Below are positions 1 to 9,639 of a stretch of 64,000 nt of DNA, piece by piece; the stretch's first letter is position 1, and the number at the start of each line of letters is the position of its first letter. This DNA comes from Chthoniobacter flavus (GTDB taxonomy: Bacteria; Verrucomicrobiota; Verrucomicrobiia; Chthoniobacterales; JACTMZ01). The DNA lies in NCBI GenBank assembly GCA_945878135.1, contig CAMDUL010000010.1, positions 10,022 to 74,021 of the forward strand, read 5' to 3'. The notes below the pieces were generated by a model. The model was not told where the DNA came from. It saw only the letters and a list, made by a program, of their open reading frames with translations, and made no database searches. Both the position numbers and the translations under genes were made by a program.

Positions 1-1
1 C

Positions 2-124
2 GACTACATCAAAGGACTCGGCCTCGGCGGCGCCATGTTCTGGGAGCTGAGCGGCGACACCAAAGATCCGTCCACCTCGCTGCTCGAAGTCCTCTACCAA
101 GGCTTCAAGCCGCAGCAGAACTGA
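2..124 (+). CDS. GH18 chitinase-like protein, C-terminal fragment (5' part outside window)
   Basis: Frame 2 reads DYIKGLGLGGAMFWELSGDTKD...QQN*; GLGGAMFWELSGD is the typical GH18 beta-8 strand motif. Confidence 0.85.
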   Translation, partial: DYIKGLGLGGAMFWELSGDTKDPSTSLLEVLYQGFKPQQN

Positions 125-148
125 GCAGATCTCTCCTTGGCAGAAACA

Positions 149-181
149 GCCCGCGGGCCGGCAACGGTCCGCGGGTTTTTT
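149..181 (+). terminator. Rho-independent terminator
   Basis: GCCCGCGGGCCG-GCAA-CGGTCCGCGGGT hairpin followed by a T run, just after the chitinase stop. Confidence 0.85.
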
Positions 182-238
182 GTCGGCACGGTATGGGGCA
201 CCGAAACGAACGAAAGCCGCGGCGCCCTTTGAACTGCT

Positions 239-1969
239 CTATCCCTCTTGCTCCGCGGCCTTGGTGTGCAGGATGTCGCCCAGCCACCAGCTGATGCCGC
301 GTGCGGCCAACTCGGCCAGGGCGATGGGATGCTTTTCCAACTGACGCAGAACCTGCGCAGTGAAGTCCGTCTCGGGCTTCTTTTCCGTGCCCGAGACTTT
401 GATCGAACACCAGTGGAGACCGTCCTCGCTGCGGGCAAACACGGTTTTGGTCGCTTCCGGCAACCACTTCAGGGCGGACTCCGGCAATCCGGCCAAGATG
501 GTTCCGGAAAGCGCGCCGGCGGGTGCGACGTGCAGCGACCCGCGCAGTCCCGCTTGTCCCGGGGCGAGGATGTCGATGTTTTCCACGTAAAGTCCGGTGT
601 TGTCCTGTCGCCACGCGCAGGCGGCTTGGCTGAGATCCATTTCGGCGTAGTTGCGACTTTTGAAAAAGCGGTCGAGGAAGGCCTGGAAATGAAAGCCGGA
701 AAGTTTCACGTCGTGCAACTGCAACGTCCCGCCGCCAGTGCCTTTGGCGATGTCCGTTCCGCGCCACGACCAGTCCACTGTGCCGCCGATCGATCCGCGC
801 AGGCTGCCGACGATGTCCGGCGGCAAGTAGGTGCCGAGCGGAATGCCGCCGACTTGCAGGGCGAGAGTCGCTGCGGAGGTCCGCGTGTGCCATGAGCCGC
901 GGCCGGAGGCGGTGATGCGGTCGCCGGCGCGGACCGCGAGGTCGCTTACCCGAATGACATCGCCCTCGAGCGCGTAGGTGATGGCGGCGTCGTTGATGGC
1001 CAACTTCTTGAAGGCGGGATCGCCCGAGCGGGCGGCGAGGTGGTCGAGATAATCCCAATCCTGCAATTCCCCACCCGCCAGCGAGACCGTGCCGCCGCCG
1101 GTGATGTTCTTTCCCGAAGTGTCGGTGGCGTAGTCCAGTGTGCCGCTCAGTTTTCCGGACAGAATCCTGGCCACATCCGAGGGAAGGAAGGGCACGATGT
1201 CGAGGTGGTCGATCTTGGCTGAGGCCTTGATGCTTTTGTCCGCATGCTGTCCGAGCCGCATGGCCAGTTGCAGATTGCTGCGCGGCGACTGTGGCTCGCG
1301 CAGGTAAATGTAACCGATGTCGATCATTTCGCGGGTCACGTAGACCTCCATGGCATCGACATCCATGGTCGGATAATCGGGATAAACAACGCGTCCGCCC
1401 TTGCCGAAGTATTTGAAGTTCTGCCCGATCATCCTCGCGCCGACACGCAGGTTTTCGCCCCGCACATTTTCCGAGCCCAAGGGCAGTTCGATGGTCATGT
1501 CCGGGCATTCGATCCACCCGCAACTGAATTGCGAGGGCATGAGGAAGGCATACCAAGGCTTCGGCGGGATCACCGGGTCCTGCGCCTTGAGCTTGTTGTC
1601 GGGATTGACCACCCGGAACTCCGCGCGGTCGATGTCGATGAGCGGCACGCGCCATTGGCCGCGGAGGACGCCCCGGGGATCGAACCAACCGCGGGCCCGC
1701 GTGGTGTCGAGCGAACCGATGGCCTGCCCCGGCCAGCCCTTGCTGGTGAAGCTTTCCGCCATGACGCTGAGATCCGGTTGCAACTTCAACGGACCAAACT
1801 GTCCTTGCGCCTTGAGCGCGCGGGAAACGGTTTGGGAAAGCATCCGGTTGAAGTCCGGTCCCGCGACCCATGAGGACAAGATCCCCGGCAGATAATGTCG
1901 CGCGGCCAGAGTCGCGGTGGCGACCAGGAGGACCGCCGCTATCAGGATGAGGAGGATCTTGCGCAGCAC
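239..1969 (-). CDS. Membrane-anchored AsmA-like hypothetical protein
   Basis: N-terminal TM segment (KILLILIAAVLLVATATLA) followed by a long Gly-rich beta-strand repeat region; GTG start at 1969 chosen by eye. Confidence 0.6.
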   Translation of the reverse strand: MLRKILLILIAAVLLVATATLAARHYLPGILSSWVAGPDFNRMLSQTVSRALKAQGQFGPLKLQPDLSVMAESFTSKGWPGQAIGSLDTTRARGWFDPRGVLRGQWRVPLIDIDRAEFRVVNPDNKLKAQDPVIPPKPWYAFLMPSQFSCGWIECPDMTIELPLGSENVRGENLRVGARMIGQNFKYFGKGGRVVYPDYPTMDVDAMEVYVTREMIDIGYIYLREPQSPRSNLQLAMRLGQHADKSIKASAKIDHLDIVPFLPSDVARILSGKLSGTLDYATDTSGKNITGGGTVSLAGGELQDWDYLDHLAARSGDPAFKKLAINDAAITYALEGDVIRVSDLAVRAGDRITASGRGSWHTRTSAATLALQVGGIPLGTYLPPDIVGSLRGSIGGTVDWSWRGTDIAKGTGGGTLQLHDVKLSGFHFQAFLDRFFKSRNYAEMDLSQAACAWRQDNTGLYVENIDILAPGQAGLRGSLHVAPAGALSGTILAGLPESALKWLPEATKTVFARSEDGLHWCSIKVSGTEKKPETDFTAQVLRQLEKHPIALAELAARGISWWLGDILHTKAAEQEG

Positions 1970-2034
1970 CGCGCATAGCGTAGTGCCCGGCCGGACGCAT
2001 CTCAACCCCACCGTCCGGCGAAGAGCCGGAGCGT

Positions 2035-2598
2035 TCAATCCGTCCGGCGCTTGAGGTCCGGATCGATGTTCCTTTTCGGCAGCAAGGCGCGCAATTGTGC
2101 GAGGGGGCCATGCGGGGCTCGGGGCGGGATGGTTCCCGCGGCGGCTCCGCCGACGCAGGTGTCGCCGCCCTGGCCTCGGGCGGCCTCGAGGGTGCTTTGC
2201 GCGCGGCGCAGGAGATCCTGCGGCGGACGGTGGTCATCCGGCACGGCCACGGCCACGCCGACCGAGACACGGTGGGCATGGTCGTCATCGGCCGCGCGCA
2301 TGGCATCGACGATCTGTTCGCCCACGCGCTTGGCGCCCGGCGGCGGCGTGGCGGGAAGAATGGCGATGAATTCATCGCTTGAGCGCCGGAGCACGACATC
2401 ATTGGTGCGCGCGCAATGGACTTTCATCGCGCGCTCGAGGATCTCGAGGCCGGTCGCCGTCGGGGTCGTGTCGAAGGAGACAAGGACCACGGCCAGCGGG
2501 CTGCTTTCGGCCGACCCCCGGTTCCACGCGCTCTGCAGCGCGGCGGTGACGCGCTCTCTGGCATCGAGGGCCGAGACGGATGCGAAGAAAGAGGTCAT
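2035..2598 (-). CDS. Stand-alone degenerate GGDEF domain protein
   Basis: PLAVVLV..D, RTND-VVLRR-SSDEF, VSVGVA, ARGQGGD; the A-site reads SSDEF instead of GG(D/E)EF. Confidence 0.75.
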   Translation of the reverse strand: MTSFFASVSALDARERVTAALQSAWNRGSAESSPLAVVLVSFDTTPTATGLEILERAMKVHCARTNDVVLRRSSDEFIAILPATPPPGAKRVGEQIVDAMRAADDDHAHRVSVGVAVAVPDDHRPPQDLLRRAQSTLEAARGQGGDTCVGGAAAGTIPPRAPHGPLAQLRALLPKRNIDPDLKRRTD

Positions 2599-2702
2599 GC
2601 AGGGACAATTTCGGGCCGCCGGAGGCTCCGCGCAAGCGGCAGATTCGGGAATCGACCGCTTTCCAGTTTGCCGCGGCACTGGGTCGCGATTATTTTGAGG
2701 AC

Positions 2703-5192
2703 ATGAAGCCTGCTTCATTGCCGCCCGATGAAGCCGCGCGGCAGCTCGCTTTGGACGAGCTGCAACTCCTGGACACCCCCGTCGAGCAGGAGTTCGACGA
2801 CATCACCCTGCTGGCGTCTTTCATCTGCGGCACTCCGATCGCGCTCATTTCCCTGATCGACCGTGAACGCCAATGGTTCAAGAGCCGCGTCGGCATCGAC
2901 ATCCCGGAAACACCGCGGGACATCGCCCTATGTGCGCACGCCATTCTCGGGGACGATATATTCGAGGTCACGGATGCGTCGCTCGACCAGCGGTTCAGCG
3001 ACAACCCGGTGGTGACCGGCGATTTGCATTTGCGGTTTTACGCCGGGGTGCCGCTCAAGACTTCGGACAACCACAATGTCGGCACGCTTTGCGTCATCGA
3101 TCGCGAGCCGCGCCGCCTGAGCGAGCCGCAGCGCGATGCACTCAAGGCGCTGGGGCGGCAGATCATGCGTCTGCTCGAGTTGCGCCAGGCCACCCGCCGG
3201 CAAACCGAGTTGCGCCAACAGCTGGTCTCCGAAACGGCGCTCAGCCGTGCCATCGTGGAGAACGCCGGCACGGCGATCATTTCGACCGACCTGGACGGCA
3301 CCATCCGGGCGTTCAATCCGGCGGCCGAGGAGTTGCTCGGTTACACCGCCGCGGAGATGGTCGGCAAGACCACGCCGGAGGTTTTCCATGATGCGGAGGA
3401 GGTGATGCGGCGCGGCGCGGAACTGTCGCGGCTTTACGGGGAGGAGGTCGGCGGCTTCCAGGTTTTCGTCCGCCCGCTCCGCGAAAACGCGATGTCGTCC
3501 GGGGAGTGGACCTACATCCGCAAGGACGGGCGGCGGGTGCCCGTCGCGCTGACCGTTTCCACGCTGCGCGACGAGGCGGGGGTGCCTTTCGGCTTTCTCG
3601 GGGTGGCCCGGGACCTGAGCGCGGCGAAGGCGCGTGACCGTCAGTTGGAAGCGGCCGCCCGCCTGCGCGACATCATCCGTCGCAGCCAGGAGGATTTCAT
3701 CGCGCGGGGTCCGACCAACGAAATGTTCGACCACCTGCTCCGCGAAATCCTCGATTACACGCAAAGCGAATACGGGTTCATCGGCGAGGTGCTGTACGAC
3801 GAGAAGGGCGATCCCTATCTGCAGACCCATGCCATCACCAACATCGCGTGGAACGAGGCGACGAGGAAACTCTACGAGGACAGCAAAATGACGGGGTTCA
3901 TTTTCCGCAACCTGCACACGTTGTTCGGTGCGGCCTTGACCACCGGCGAGCCGGTCATTGCCAACCATCCGGCCACGGACCCGCGCCGCGGTGGTCTCCC
4001 CAAGGGGCATCCCGCCATGCATGCCTTCCTCGGTCTCCCTTTCCGCTTCGGGGGGGAACTCGTCGGTATGGTCGGGGTGGCCAACCGGCCGGGCGGCTAT
4101 GACGAGGAGTTTGTGCGCGAACTGGTTCCGCTGACCGCCTCATGCGCCGCGCTCATCCACGCCATGCGTTTGGACGCCGAAAGCTCCGCGGCCCGCGAGT
4201 CTCTGGCCAGGGAGCAGGACCGCTTCCGCCTGATCGTCGACACCGCGGCCGAGGCCTTTGTCGAGATCGACGAGGACGGGCGGGTGACCGAGTGGAACCA
4301 GCATGCGGCCGAGGATTTTCATGTCCCCGTGGCGGAGGCGGTCGGACGTCCGGTCGACGAACTCGTCACCTTGCGGAACGAGGACGGAATGTCGTCCGGC
4401 CTGCGGGACCATTTGCCCCGCGAGCTGGAGCGTCCCGGGCAGGCGCGCGAATTCACCTTCGTGCGTGCCGACGGAACGCAGTTCCAAGGCGAACTGGTCA
4501 TGTGGGCCATGCCGCAAGGGGAGTCCCGGCGTCATTGCGCTTTCATCCGCGATGTGACCGAGCGCCACGAATTGGTGAAGCAGCAGCGCCTGCGCTTCGA
4601 GTCCGAGACCCTGCTGAAGGAAATCCATCACCGGGTGAAAAACAACATGCAGGTCATCTCGAGCCTGCTCAGCATCCAGTCCGCGCAACTGAAGGATGCC
4701 GCGCAGCGCGATGTCTTCCTCGAGTGCCGGGAGCGCATCCGCGCCATGTCGCTCATCCACGACAAGCTCTACTCGGCCGGGCGCTACGAGGGGATCGACT
4801 TCGGCGACTACCTGCGCGAAATGGTCGCGCTGATCACTTCCTCGAACCGCCCGGGCGATGCCGAGGTGCGCACCGACCTGCAGGTCGAGCCGGTCGAAGT
4901 GCCCGTGGAGAAGGCGGTGCCGCTCTCGCTCATCGCCAGCGAACTCGTCCTCAACTCGCTCAAACACGCCTTCCGCGGACGCCGCGGGGGGACGCTGACC
5001 GTGCGGCTGCACCGCGAGGACGGGACCTGCCGGCTATTTGTCGGCGATGACGGCCCCGGCATGCGACCGCCCGATCCGGACCACGCGGGCGTGGGGCTGC
5101 AGCTCGTCGAGGGCTTGACCAAACAAATCAAAGGCCGCCGCGAAGTGTCGTCCGGCCCGGGCGTCGGCACGACGATCATCTGGGAGCAATGA
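2703..5192 (+). CDS. Cytoplasmic sensor histidine kinase GAF-PAS-GAF-PAS-HisKA_2/HATPase
   Basis: GAF (FYAGVPL, GTLCVID), PAS domains, LLKEIHHRVKNNMQVISSLL H-box, ELVLNSLKHAF, DDGPG. Confidence 0.92.
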   Translation: MKPASLPPDEAARQLALDELQLLDTPVEQEFDDITLLASFICGTPIALISLIDRERQWFKSRVGIDIPETPRDIALCAHAILGDDIFEVTDASLDQRFSDNPVVTGDLHLRFYAGVPLKTSDNHNVGTLCVIDREPRRLSEPQRDALKALGRQIMRLLELRQATRRQTELRQQLVSETALSRAIVENAGTAIISTDLDGTIRAFNPAAEELLGYTAAEMVGKTTPEVFHDAEEVMRRGAELSRLYGEEVGGFQVFVRPLRENAMSSGEWTYIRKDGRRVPVALTVSTLRDEAGVPFGFLGVARDLSAAKARDRQLEAAARLRDIIRRSQEDFIARGPTNEMFDHLLREILDYTQSEYGFIGEVLYDEKGDPYLQTHAITNIAWNEATRKLYEDSKMTGFIFRNLHTLFGAALTTGEPVIANHPATDPRRGGLPKGHPAMHAFLGLPFRFGGELVGMVGVANRPGGYDEEFVRELVPLTASCAALIHAMRLDAESSAARESLAREQDRFRLIVDTAAEAFVEIDEDGRVTEWNQHAAEDFHVPVAEAVGRPVDELVTLRNEDGMSSGLRDHLPRELERPGQAREFTFVRADGTQFQGELVMWAMPQGESRRHCAFIRDVTERHELVKQQRLRFESETLLKEIHHRVKNNMQVISSLLSIQSAQLKDAAQRDVFLECRERIRAMSLIHDKLYSAGRYEGIDFGDYLREMVALITSSNRPGDAEVRTDLQVEPVEVPVEKAVPLSLIASELVLNSLKHAFRGRRGGTLTVRLHREDGTCRLFVGDDGPGMRPPDPDHAGVGLQLVEGLTKQIKGRREVSSGPGVGTTIIWEQ

Positions 5193-6109
5193 GCACGTCC
5201 GGCCGACCCCGCATTCTCATCGTGGAGGACGAAGCCATCACCGCGATGGACTTGGCCGCCGAACTGCGCCGGCTTGGCTACGACGTGTGCGGCACGGAGG
5301 ACACGGCTGATGGGGCGGTTGCCGCGGTCGAGCGGGAAAAGCCCCGTCTCGTTCTTATGGATATCCGCCTCGGCGACAACGGGGATGGCATTGGGGCCGC
5401 GCAGCGCATTGCCGACCGGCATGATGCTGCCGTGGTTTTTCTCACCGCGCATTCCGACGAGCAAACCTTGGCCCGCGCCCTGGCTGTTTCCCCCTACGGC
5501 TACATTGTAAAACCCTTCCGCGCGCGCGAACTGAAAGTGGCCGTGGAACTGGCCCTGAGCAAACACGCGGCCGAGCGGGCTGCGACGGAAAAAATGTCCG
5601 AACTGGTCCTGACCGATCCGCTGACCGGTCTGGCCAACCGGCGTCATTTCGACCAGATGCTGGCTTCCGAATGGGACCGTGCGGCGCGCGAAGAGCATCC
5701 GCTGGCCGTGATCATGATCGACATCGATCACTTCAAAGCCTTCAACGATTCGCGCGGTCACGCGGCCGGCGACGAGTGCCTCAAAGCGGTGGCCAAGGCC
5801 TTGCGCGGACATTGCACGCGCCCGGGCGACCTGGTCTGCCGCTGGGGCGGGGAGGAATTCGCCGTCGTTCTCCCCGGCACAGATGCGGCCGGGGCCGCGC
5901 ACTTGGCGCGCGAACTTGTCGAGGTTGTGCGGAATCTCGGCCTCGAGCATGGAAAATCCGGCGTGTCTCCCTGCATCACCATCTCCGCCGGGTCGGCCTC
6001 CGCCGCGCCTTCCGACCAGGGATCCGCCGCCGCGCTGGTCGCAAAGGCCGATGCCGCGCTCTACGCGGCAAAGCAAGCCGGACGCAACCGCGCGCAAGCC
6101 GCAGATTAG
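5189..6109 (+). CDS. Response-regulator diguanylate cyclase (REC-GGEEF)
   Basis: ILIVEDE...LMDI...KPF receiver; DPLTGLANRR, DIDHFKAFND, RPGD I-site, RWGGEEF; ATGA overlap with the kinase. Confidence 0.93.
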   Translation: MSTSGRPRILIVEDEAITAMDLAAELRRLGYDVCGTEDTADGAVAAVEREKPRLVLMDIRLGDNGDGIGAAQRIADRHDAAVVFLTAHSDEQTLARALAVSPYGYIVKPFRARELKVAVELALSKHAAERAATEKMSELVLTDPLTGLANRRHFDQMLASEWDRAAREEHPLAVIMIDIDHFKAFNDSRGHAAGDECLKAVAKALRGHCTRPGDLVCRWGGEEFAVVLPGTDAAGAAHLARELVEVVRNLGLEHGKSGVSPCITISAGSASAAPSDQGSAAALVAKADAALYAAKQAGRNRAQAAD

Positions 6110-6153
6110 CCGCCAAGACGGGAAAGGGTGTCCTCGCGGTCGCCACCCCGGGA

Positions 6154-6933
6154 TTATTCCAATGGTTCCAACGAGACCCAATCCACTGTCATGGTCTGCG
6201 GTTCGGACCAATCCGCATCCCCGGCCCAGGGCATTTGGCGCAGACCGAAAATGACCCGCGCGGGCCGGTCCGGCACAGCGTCCTCGATGGTGTGCTGGAG
6301 TACGCCGTCGATGAGAAAGCGCACTTCGATGTCGTCCCATTCGATGGTGTAGACGCGGAACCGGTCGTCCTGCAGCGACATCTTGTTTCCTTCGGCATCG
6401 CGGGCGGGTTGCTTGACCAGGGTCTCGGGCTCCGGGCGCCTTTGGTCCGCGTCGATCCAGGTGGCGAGGCGCAGATCGGTCCAACCGCCCTCGGGTCGCG
6501 TCCCGTGCCGCGGTGCGCGGCTTTCCGTGTCCGTCGCGGTGATCTCCAGGTCGATCTCATCGATGGTGTCCTGTTCCCGGTAGGTGAAGATCATGGCGGC
6601 GAGTCCGGGAACGGCCGTGTTCTTGGCGCGCATGCTGATGCGGTGTCCGGCACCGACCGGGCCGAAGGAAAGATTCTGGAACGGCCAAAAACGCCCGCGG
6701 CGCTGGCGACCTCTGAGGAAGTCGCGTTCGGCCGTGAGGTAGGCGTAACCGTCGCCGGGGATGAGTTCGGACCAACCTGTGACCGGCGACAGCTCGGCGC
6801 GGTAATCCCAGACGAAGCCGCGCCGATCCTCCGGTTTTCCCGCGGTATCGAATCCCTCGAAGTATTCCTGGGCGAGAACCGGGGACACGAGCAATCCGGA
6901 GCCGATCAGAAGCGAGAGGCCCCGGTTAAGCAT
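6154..6933 (-). CDS. Secreted GH16-like glycoside hydrolase
   Basis: Signal peptide ending VLA-Q; DEIDLEI catalytic ExDxE motif; YTIEW...VRFLIDG; start overlaps the upstream stop. Confidence 0.75.
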   Translation of the reverse strand: MLNRGLSLLIGSGLLVSPVLAQEYFEGFDTAGKPEDRRGFVWDYRAELSPVTGWSELIPGDGYAYLTAERDFLRGRQRRGRFWPFQNLSFGPVGAGHRISMRAKNTAVPGLAAMIFTYREQDTIDEIDLEITATDTESRAPRHGTRPEGGWTDLRLATWIDADQRRPEPETLVKQPARDAEGNKMSLQDDRFRVYTIEWDDIEVRFLIDGVLQHTIEDAVPDRPARVIFGLRQMPWAGDADWSEPQTMTVDWVSLEPLE

Positions 6934-8227
6934 CCACGATCTTCGCGGTGCGATTCCGCGGAACGACATGACAGGTGTCGACGATCAGGGGCACATGGTC
7001 GGCCAGTTCATCGTATTTCACGCCGCGGTGCGGGGTGCAGACCACCGCGGCGTCGAAGGTCTTCAACTCATGGTCGCTCCACGGGATGGAATGCCGGCCC
7101 GACCAGTGATTGCGGCCCGGAGCGATGCGCGGCACGTGCGGGTCATAATACTCGACATCCGCACCCTTGGCCGCAAGCAGATCCATGATGTCGTAAGAAG
7201 GGGACCCGCGGTCGTCGGATACACCCGGCTTGTAGGCCAATCCGAGGACGAGCACGCGGGCCCCGTGCAGGGCGCGTCCCGCGGAATTCAAGGCCTCGAG
7301 AAGATGGTTGACCGCGTAGTAGGGCATCGAACGGTTGATCTGTCCGGCCAATTCGATGAACCGCGTGTCGTAGTGGTATTCCTTGGCTTTCCACGTGAGG
7401 TAATAAGGGTCAATGGGGATGCAATGCCCGCCCACGCCGGGTCCGGGGTAGAAGGGCATGAAGCCGAAAGGTTTGGTCTTCGCCGCGTCGATGACCTCCC
7501 AGATGTCGATGCCCATGGACGAGTAGATACGCTTCAGTTCGTTGACCAGGGCGATGTTGATGAAGCGGAAGATGTTTTCGGTCAGTTTGACCGCTTCGGC
7601 CGTGTCGCAGTCCTTGACCGGGACGAGGTGCTTGATCACGCGGCCGTAGAGTTCCTCGCCGCGTTCGAGGCAGGCGGGGGTGAGTCCGCCGATGACCTTC
7701 GGCATGTCACCGAGCACACTCTGGTGGTTGCCCGGATCTTCCCGCTCGGGGGAGAACACCAGCGCGAAATCCACGCCGGCTCTCAGTCCGGATCCCTTCT
7801 CCAGCACGGCGAGCAATTCCTCGCGGGTCGTGCCGGGGTAGGTGCTGGACTCGAGCGAGACGAGCATGCCGCGCCTGAGATGCGGGGCCACTTGCGCCCC
7901 CGCGTCGAGGATGTGCGAGAGGTCGGGATCGTGGTGGCGTCGCAACGGCGTCGGCACGCAAATGATGACCGCGGCGGCCTCGGAGAGACGGTCATGGTCG
8001 GCGTTGAAGTCGAGATGGCCCGAGGCGAGGCACGCTTTGATCCGTGAGGACGGGAGATGGGCCAGCGGCGAGTGGCCTTGTTGCAATTCGAGCAGGCGCC
8101 CCTCGTCGGCATCGCTGCCGAGCACGCGGCAGCCGGCCTCGGCGAAGCCCAAGGCGAGCGGGATGCCGACGTAGCCGAGCCCGACAACGGCCACGTCGTA
8201 ACGGGCATTTTCCGGTTTGCCGATCAT
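6926..8227 (-). CDS. Nucleotide-sugar (UDP-GlcNAc/ManNAc-type) dehydrogenase
   Basis: VVGLGYVG, ICVPTP, ESSTYPGTT, SPEREDPG, GPGVGGHCIP, GLAYK. Confidence 0.93.
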   Translation of the reverse strand: MIGKPENARYDVAVVGLGYVGIPLALGFAEAGCRVLGSDADEGRLLELQQGHSPLAHLPSSRIKACLASGHLDFNADHDRLSEAAAVIICVPTPLRRHHDPDLSHILDAGAQVAPHLRRGMLVSLESSTYPGTTREELLAVLEKGSGLRAGVDFALVFSPEREDPGNHQSVLGDMPKVIGGLTPACLERGEELYGRVIKHLVPVKDCDTAEAVKLTENIFRFINIALVNELKRIYSSMGIDIWEVIDAAKTKPFGFMPFYPGPGVGGHCIPIDPYYLTWKAKEYHYDTRFIELAGQINRSMPYYAVNHLLEALNSAGRALHGARVLVLGLAYKPGVSDDRGSPSYDIMDLLAAKGADVEYYDPHVPRIAPGRNHWSGRHSIPWSDHELKTFDAAVVCTPHRGVKYDELADHVPLIVDTCHVVPRNRTAKIVDA

Positions 8228-9639
8228 GAGACGGCGGCGGCGGGGGTGAGTCTCTCCATTTTGGCGCCGAGATCCCGACGGCGCAGAAACACGTATTGGA
8301 AAGTCCCGACGAGGGAGCAGAGGAGGCGGAATTGGTGGAAGCCGAGCTGATCGAGAAAGATCGCGCCGATCATTTTCCAGAACTCGCCCCATGACGCGGT
8401 GCGCCAGCGCGAGGACTCATTGATCAAGACGGCCAGCAAGGTGAGGAAAACACCCGTGATGTAAGCAAGGAAAAGAAGGACAAGAACCTGCTTCCCCGTG
8501 GCGAGTCCGGCGATCAGGAGGACGATGGCCAGGGTGTAGGCGAGCAATTCCACGAGCGGGGCGAGGGCTTCGAAGAAGAGAAAGAACGGGAGCCCGAAGA
8601 TTCCGGTCATCCCGTAGCGCGGGTTGAAGAGCATGCGCCAGTGGCGGAAGATCGACTGGAGGGTGCCGCGTTGCCAGCGGTTGCGCTGCGAAGCGTATTG
8701 ACCCCAGCTCTCCGGCACCTCGGTGTAGCACACCGCGTCCGGGGTGAAAGCGAGCGCGTGGTGGCGTCCGTTGCGCCGGTCGTAGATGTGCCCGTTGAGC
8801 CGGATGGCGAATTCCATGTCGTCGGTGATCGATTGCGGCCAGGGTCCGCCCGCGGCCTCGAAGACGCTTTTCTTGACGAGAAGCAGCGCACCGGAAATGC
8901 AGAGCATGCTTCGCAAGCGGCTCAAGCCGGTGCGGGCCCAATGGAAGCTGCGCGCGTATTCGATCTCCTGGTTTAGACCGAGCATGGTGCGGGGCAAGCC
9001 GCGGCGGGTGATGGTGCCGTTTTCCACGGTGAGGCCGTTGGAAGGACGGACCACGCCGGCCGAGGCGGCCAGCCGCGACTCGACGAGGAAGGGCCGCGCC
9101 ATGTGGAGGAGACCGTCGGGCTCGAGGACGCAGTCGGCATCGATCACGCAGAGGAGCGGATAGCGGGCGAGGCCCGATCCGGCATTGATGGCGTCCGCCC
9201 GGCGACCGTTTTCCTTGGCCGCCACCACCAGGTTCGGGAAGGTCTCGCTTTCATAAATGGCGTTCACTTGCTTCGTGCCGATGCGCTTGCGCGCCTGCTT
9301 GTCCACCCGGCGCAAGCCGAAGCGGCGTTGGAGCACGCCGATGGTGTCGTCGGTCGAGCCGTCGTCGACCACGATAACCTCGTGGGCGGGGTAGTTCAGC
9401 TTGAGAGCGTTCTCCACCGTGCCGACGATGATGTCCGCTTCGTTGTGTCCGGGGATAATGACCGACACCGGCATGGACAGCTCCGATTTGGAAATCCGGT
9501 CGAACTCCGCGAAGGTAACCGCGCTCTTGTAGCGTCGCACTTGGGCCGCGCCGAGAAAGACGAGGAGGAAATAGACGAGGTGCAGGGCGACGAAATAAAT
9601 GAGGATGCCCCAAAGAAGGATGTGGACGATGTTGATCAT
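8224..9639 (-). CDS. Processive GT2 glycosyltransferase (PgaC/IcaA-like)
   Basis: N- and C-terminal TM helices, DDGSTD, IDAD, TDD, QRNRW (QxxRW). Confidence 0.9.
   Translation of the reverse strand: MINIVHILLWGILIYFVALHLVYFLLVFLGAAQVRRYKSAVTFAEFDRISKSELSMPVSVIIPGHNEADIIVGTVENALKLNYPAHEVIVVDDGSTDDTIGVLQRRFGLRRVDKQARKRIGTKQVNAIYESETFPNLVVAAKENGRRADAINAGSGLARYPLLCVIDADCVLEPDGLLHMARPFLVESRLAASAGVVRPSNGLTVENGTITRRGLPRTMLGLNQEIEYARSFHWARTGLSRLRSMLCISGALLLVKKSVFEAAGGPWPQSITDDMEFAIRLNGHIYDRRNGRHHALAFTPDAVCYTEVPESWGQYASQRNRWQRGTLQSIFRHWRMLFNPRYGMTGIFGLPFFLFFEALAPLVELLAYTLAIVLLIAGLATGKQVLVLLFLAYITGVFLTLLAVLINESSRWRTASWGEFWKMIGAIFLDQLGFHQFRLLCSLVGTFQYVFLRRRDLGAKMERLTPAAAVS

Noticed and set aside
105-2402. 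Long alternative-frame and antisense ORFs (e.g. 105..2402, 39236..42181, 51421..55134)
   Set aside because: Shadow ORFs typical of high-GC DNA; they overlap genes with clear family motifs and have no motifs of their own
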